From the IMG/VR virus record IMGVR_UViG_3300047157_000162, positions 65,538 to 129,537 of that record: a DNA stretch of 64,000 nt; one strand, 5' to 3'. A model generated the notes under the pieces. It searched no databases, was not told the DNA's origin, and saw nothing but the letters and a program-made list of their open reading frames with translations. This DNA comes from a virus. This document shows, in pieces, positions 61,707 to 64,000 of the stretch. How positions within the stretch are numbered: the first letter of the stretch is position 1; every line of letters starts with the position of its first letter. The position numbers and the translations under genes were made by a program.

Positions 61707-61750
61707 ATTTAATTTAATTTGATTTGATTTAATTCACCCTTTTTAGGTAT

Positions 61751-61785
61751 ACGAGTATTATTACTCGTTTTGTTCGATTTTTTAC
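61751..61785 (-). promoter_or_regulatory. Class-II promoter-like motif with overlapping palindrome, upstream of groEL
   Basis: GTAAAA...AACGAGTAATAAT; palindrome ACGAGTA-TTAT-TACTCGT. Confidence 0.5.
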
Positions 61786-61789
61786 CTAA

Positions 61790-62185
61790 TTAATCTTCAG
61801 CCTCAGGCTCTTGCGGCTCCTCAACCTCAGGTGTAGGCGGCACAGGATCTCCAATAGTTAATGTAACACTTGTAGGTGTAATCAAACTATCTATCTGACT
61901 TTGTATGCTTGCTTCAATGCTAGCAACTTGTTCGTCACCCATTGCTCCTTTAGTCCAAGCAACTACTTCGTCGTTTGTTAATTGATCAAACGGTATGAAA
62001 TTTGTTATCTGGCTTGTGTCTAGAGTTTGTGTTCCAATGTTTGTAGCTGAGTAAAAGTCTCCTTGTGGATCTTTTTGATCTGATACACCTGTTACAATCC
62101 AGTGCACATTGTACACTACATCCGCTTCGTTGTCTTGTTCTGGGTAGCAATCTACTGTTTTGCAATTCCAATTGTAAGTTGTCAT
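61790..62185 (-). CDS. Hypothetical protein following fibre genes (possible fibre-assembly protein)
   Basis: YNW..DVVYNVHW..FIPFDQLT..VVAW. Confidence 0.6.
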   Translation of the reverse strand: MTTYNWNCKTVDCYPEQDNEADVVYNVHWIVTGVSDQKDPQGDFYSATNIGTQTLDTSQITNFIPFDQLTNDEVVAWTKGAMGDEQVASIEASIQSQIDSLITPTSVTLTIGDPVPPTPEVEEPQEPEAED

Positions 62186-62231
62186 AATTTTTGTTTTAGT
62201 TTTGGTTTATTTATTTATTTATTTATTTATT

Positions 62232-62633
62232 TTAACACGATAATGTTGATCCTGCCCAAGCTGATCCAGTCCAGTACCTATAAAGTACACTAACTTTCCA
62301 CCATCCTGCGGGTGCAAGTGTTCCTGATGTATCAGAATATATAGGATCATTAAAATCAAAAGCTTGAACAGTGGGATGTTGTTGATATATTATTTCAGTT
62401 AATGATAAAGAGCATATATTAGTAAGTGTTGATTGAGTACCGGCCGCATAATCCCAATACTGTTCACCTCCATAGTTTCTAAAATTAAGTAAGTTATTTT
62501 TACTACCACTGTAATTAGAATCAAAACTAGAACTTGTTGCGTCTGCGAAGCAATCAACTAAATCATCTGTCGTTGGATTAACCTCATCAACAACGTTCTG
62601 CAGCGTAAAAGTAGTTGTATTTGGTACTGCCAT
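62232..62633 (-). CDS. Small fibre-associated / adhesin-like protein
   Basis: MAVPNTTTFTLQNV..NLLNFRNY; directly after the S74-ending fibre. Confidence 0.55.
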   Translation of the reverse strand: MAVPNTTTFTLQNVVDEVNPTTDDLVDCFADATSSSFDSNYSGSKNNLLNFRNYGGEQYWDYAAGTQSTLTNICSLSLTEIIYQQHPTVQAFDFNDPIYSDTSGTLAPAGWWKVSVLYRYWTGSAWAGSTLSC

Positions 62634-64000
62634 TATTTTTCTAGTTTTTCTAATCTTGCTTCTAACTCAGCAATTTTAGCAATTAGTAAATCTATATAAG
62701 CTACAGACTTAAATCCTTGACTGTCTTCTCTTACAAACTCAGGGTTAGTCTTTTCTAACTCTTGAGCTATAACACCATATCTTTTCTGCCCTTTTTCTGT
62801 TTTTAATTCAAAAGTTTTCCAATCTGCTTTAACTCTATTATCACATACTTTTTCAATATTTTCTTTTAGTCTTTCATCAGAAGATAGTATGAAGTTTGTA
62901 GCGGTTACAGTAGAAGCAAAAGTAGTGGCTCCGCCGTTTGCGATACGCATTTTTTCAGAAGTAGTGTATGGAGCACTAGGTAGAGACGTGCTAAAAATAA
63001 AGTCGTTACTTGTATCTACAGTTATTTTGTTACCATAACCTGGTGCTGCACTACCCGCAAAAATAATACCATCAGTTCTATTTACACCTAACGTACCATT
63101 TACTTCAAGTTTATAATCAGGACTCGTCGTCCCAATCCCGACGTTTTTACTTGTGTCTATAGTAACTGCAGTTGCATTGTTTTGAACAAGTACAACTTGA
63201 GTATTTGAATCAGAACCTATTCTTGTAGTATTGCCTTCTTGTTGAAATATACCAGCACCAGCATTTGTATCGTTTATATATATATAAGGGTTTGATGCGT
63301 TTGCAACTGTTACATTGGTTCCAGTTACAGCAACGCTCCCTGCAACTTCTAACTTTTGGCTAGGACTAGTAGTTCCTATCCCCACGTTACCTCCGCTAAA
63401 ATAATAACCATCTGAATTTGAAAAATGAGTTCTATTACTGGAATCCATTTCTATCAAAGAAGTTTTTGTGCTACCTTTTTGTAACATCAAAAGCTTAGGG
63501 TTACTTGTAGCAGTAGAATTATCTGTATCTGCTGAAACAGTTAATATGCAATCTCCATTTCAGATGAAACTTCTAACTTAGAAACAGGACTAGTAGTTCC
63601 AATACCTACGTTGCCACCGTTGAAGTAAGAATCACCGTTTGAAGCTATTTTAACAGTTGTTACGTTTGACGTACCTGTGCTTAAGAAAATTGAAGCATCA
63701 GTATCGCCCTCTTCATCGTAAACGTGTAGGTTACCACCAACTTGTAGCTTTTGGTTAGGAAGTCGTCCCGATACCAACGTTGCCAGAACTGTCTATTGAC
63801 ATTTTTACATCAGTACCAGCACTTCCTTTAATAATATCTAACCCATAAGAATTTGTTCCAGATGTAGGATTTGAAGCCAACCTCCAAGTCGCGCCGCTCA
63901 CAATATCAACATAAGAGACAGCGGTTCCTGCTGTATTAACGGCTTGTATATTACCTTCAACGTCTAATTTTTCACTTGGTGTCTTCCCAATACCTACGTT
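62633..64000 (-). CDS. Tail fibre C-terminal part with GNVGIG repeats and a peptidase S74 intramolecular chaperone; 5' end outside window, frameshifted
   Basis: Five VGIG junctions; SSDERLKENI..YGVIAQELE..VAYIDLLIAKIAELEARL. Confidence 0.85.
63771..64000. repeat. ~230-bp fibre module, copy 2
   Basis: Near-identical to 63-292. Confidence 0.95.

Noticed and set aside
61751-61768. CIRCE element upstream of groEL
   Set aside because: The palindrome does not match TTAGCACTC-N9-GAGTGCTAA.
62203-62233. (TTTA)n microsatellite as a phase-variation tract
   Set aside because: Intergenic AT-rich leader like others in this genome; no frame effect.
63771-64000. Terminal direct repeat or simple circular overlap
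   Set aside because: The flanking sequence differs (1-62 versus 63710-63770) and the copies carry substitutions.

Overview
This window looks like most of a circularly permuted genome of an AT-rich lytic podovirus-type phage. The host is probably Bacteroidota/Flavobacteriia, inferred from AT-rich translation starts without Shine-Dalgarno sites and from GNVGIGTT-repeat fibres. Layout: (i) 1-9225 and 28165-64000 on the minus strand are the late module: modular tail fibres spanning both window ends, groEL/groES, small basic proteins, holin-like proteins, terminase, portal, scaffold, major capsid, tail/adaptor proteins, ejection proteins including a ~2600-aa giant, and an M15 endolysin; (ii) 9226-9676 is a non-coding divergence region; (iii) 9618-18266 on the plus strand is an early region of small ORFs with 12 copies of a strictly spaced promoter-like motif, a tRNA-CAT and a sigma factor; (iv) 18320-27970 holds recombination, replication and nucleotide genes (ERF, RecE-like nuclease, SSB, primase-helicase, thyA, MazG-like, endonuclease I, nrdB, nrdA). 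I found no recognisable DNA polymerase. Many genes have indels typical of uncorrected long reads. Top hypotheses: (1) a virion-delivered polyprotein (HExxH protease + sigma region-2-like domain + PD-(D/E)xK domain) starts a two-tier promoter cascade; (2) tail-fibre cassettes are shuffled at nucleotide-conserved GNVGIGTTSP junctions; (3) a shared N-terminal MA(F/Y)..SP signal marks small capsid-cargo proteins; (4) three palindromic sites are tied to an HTH protein. All family assignments are by eye from motifs; no database searches were run.
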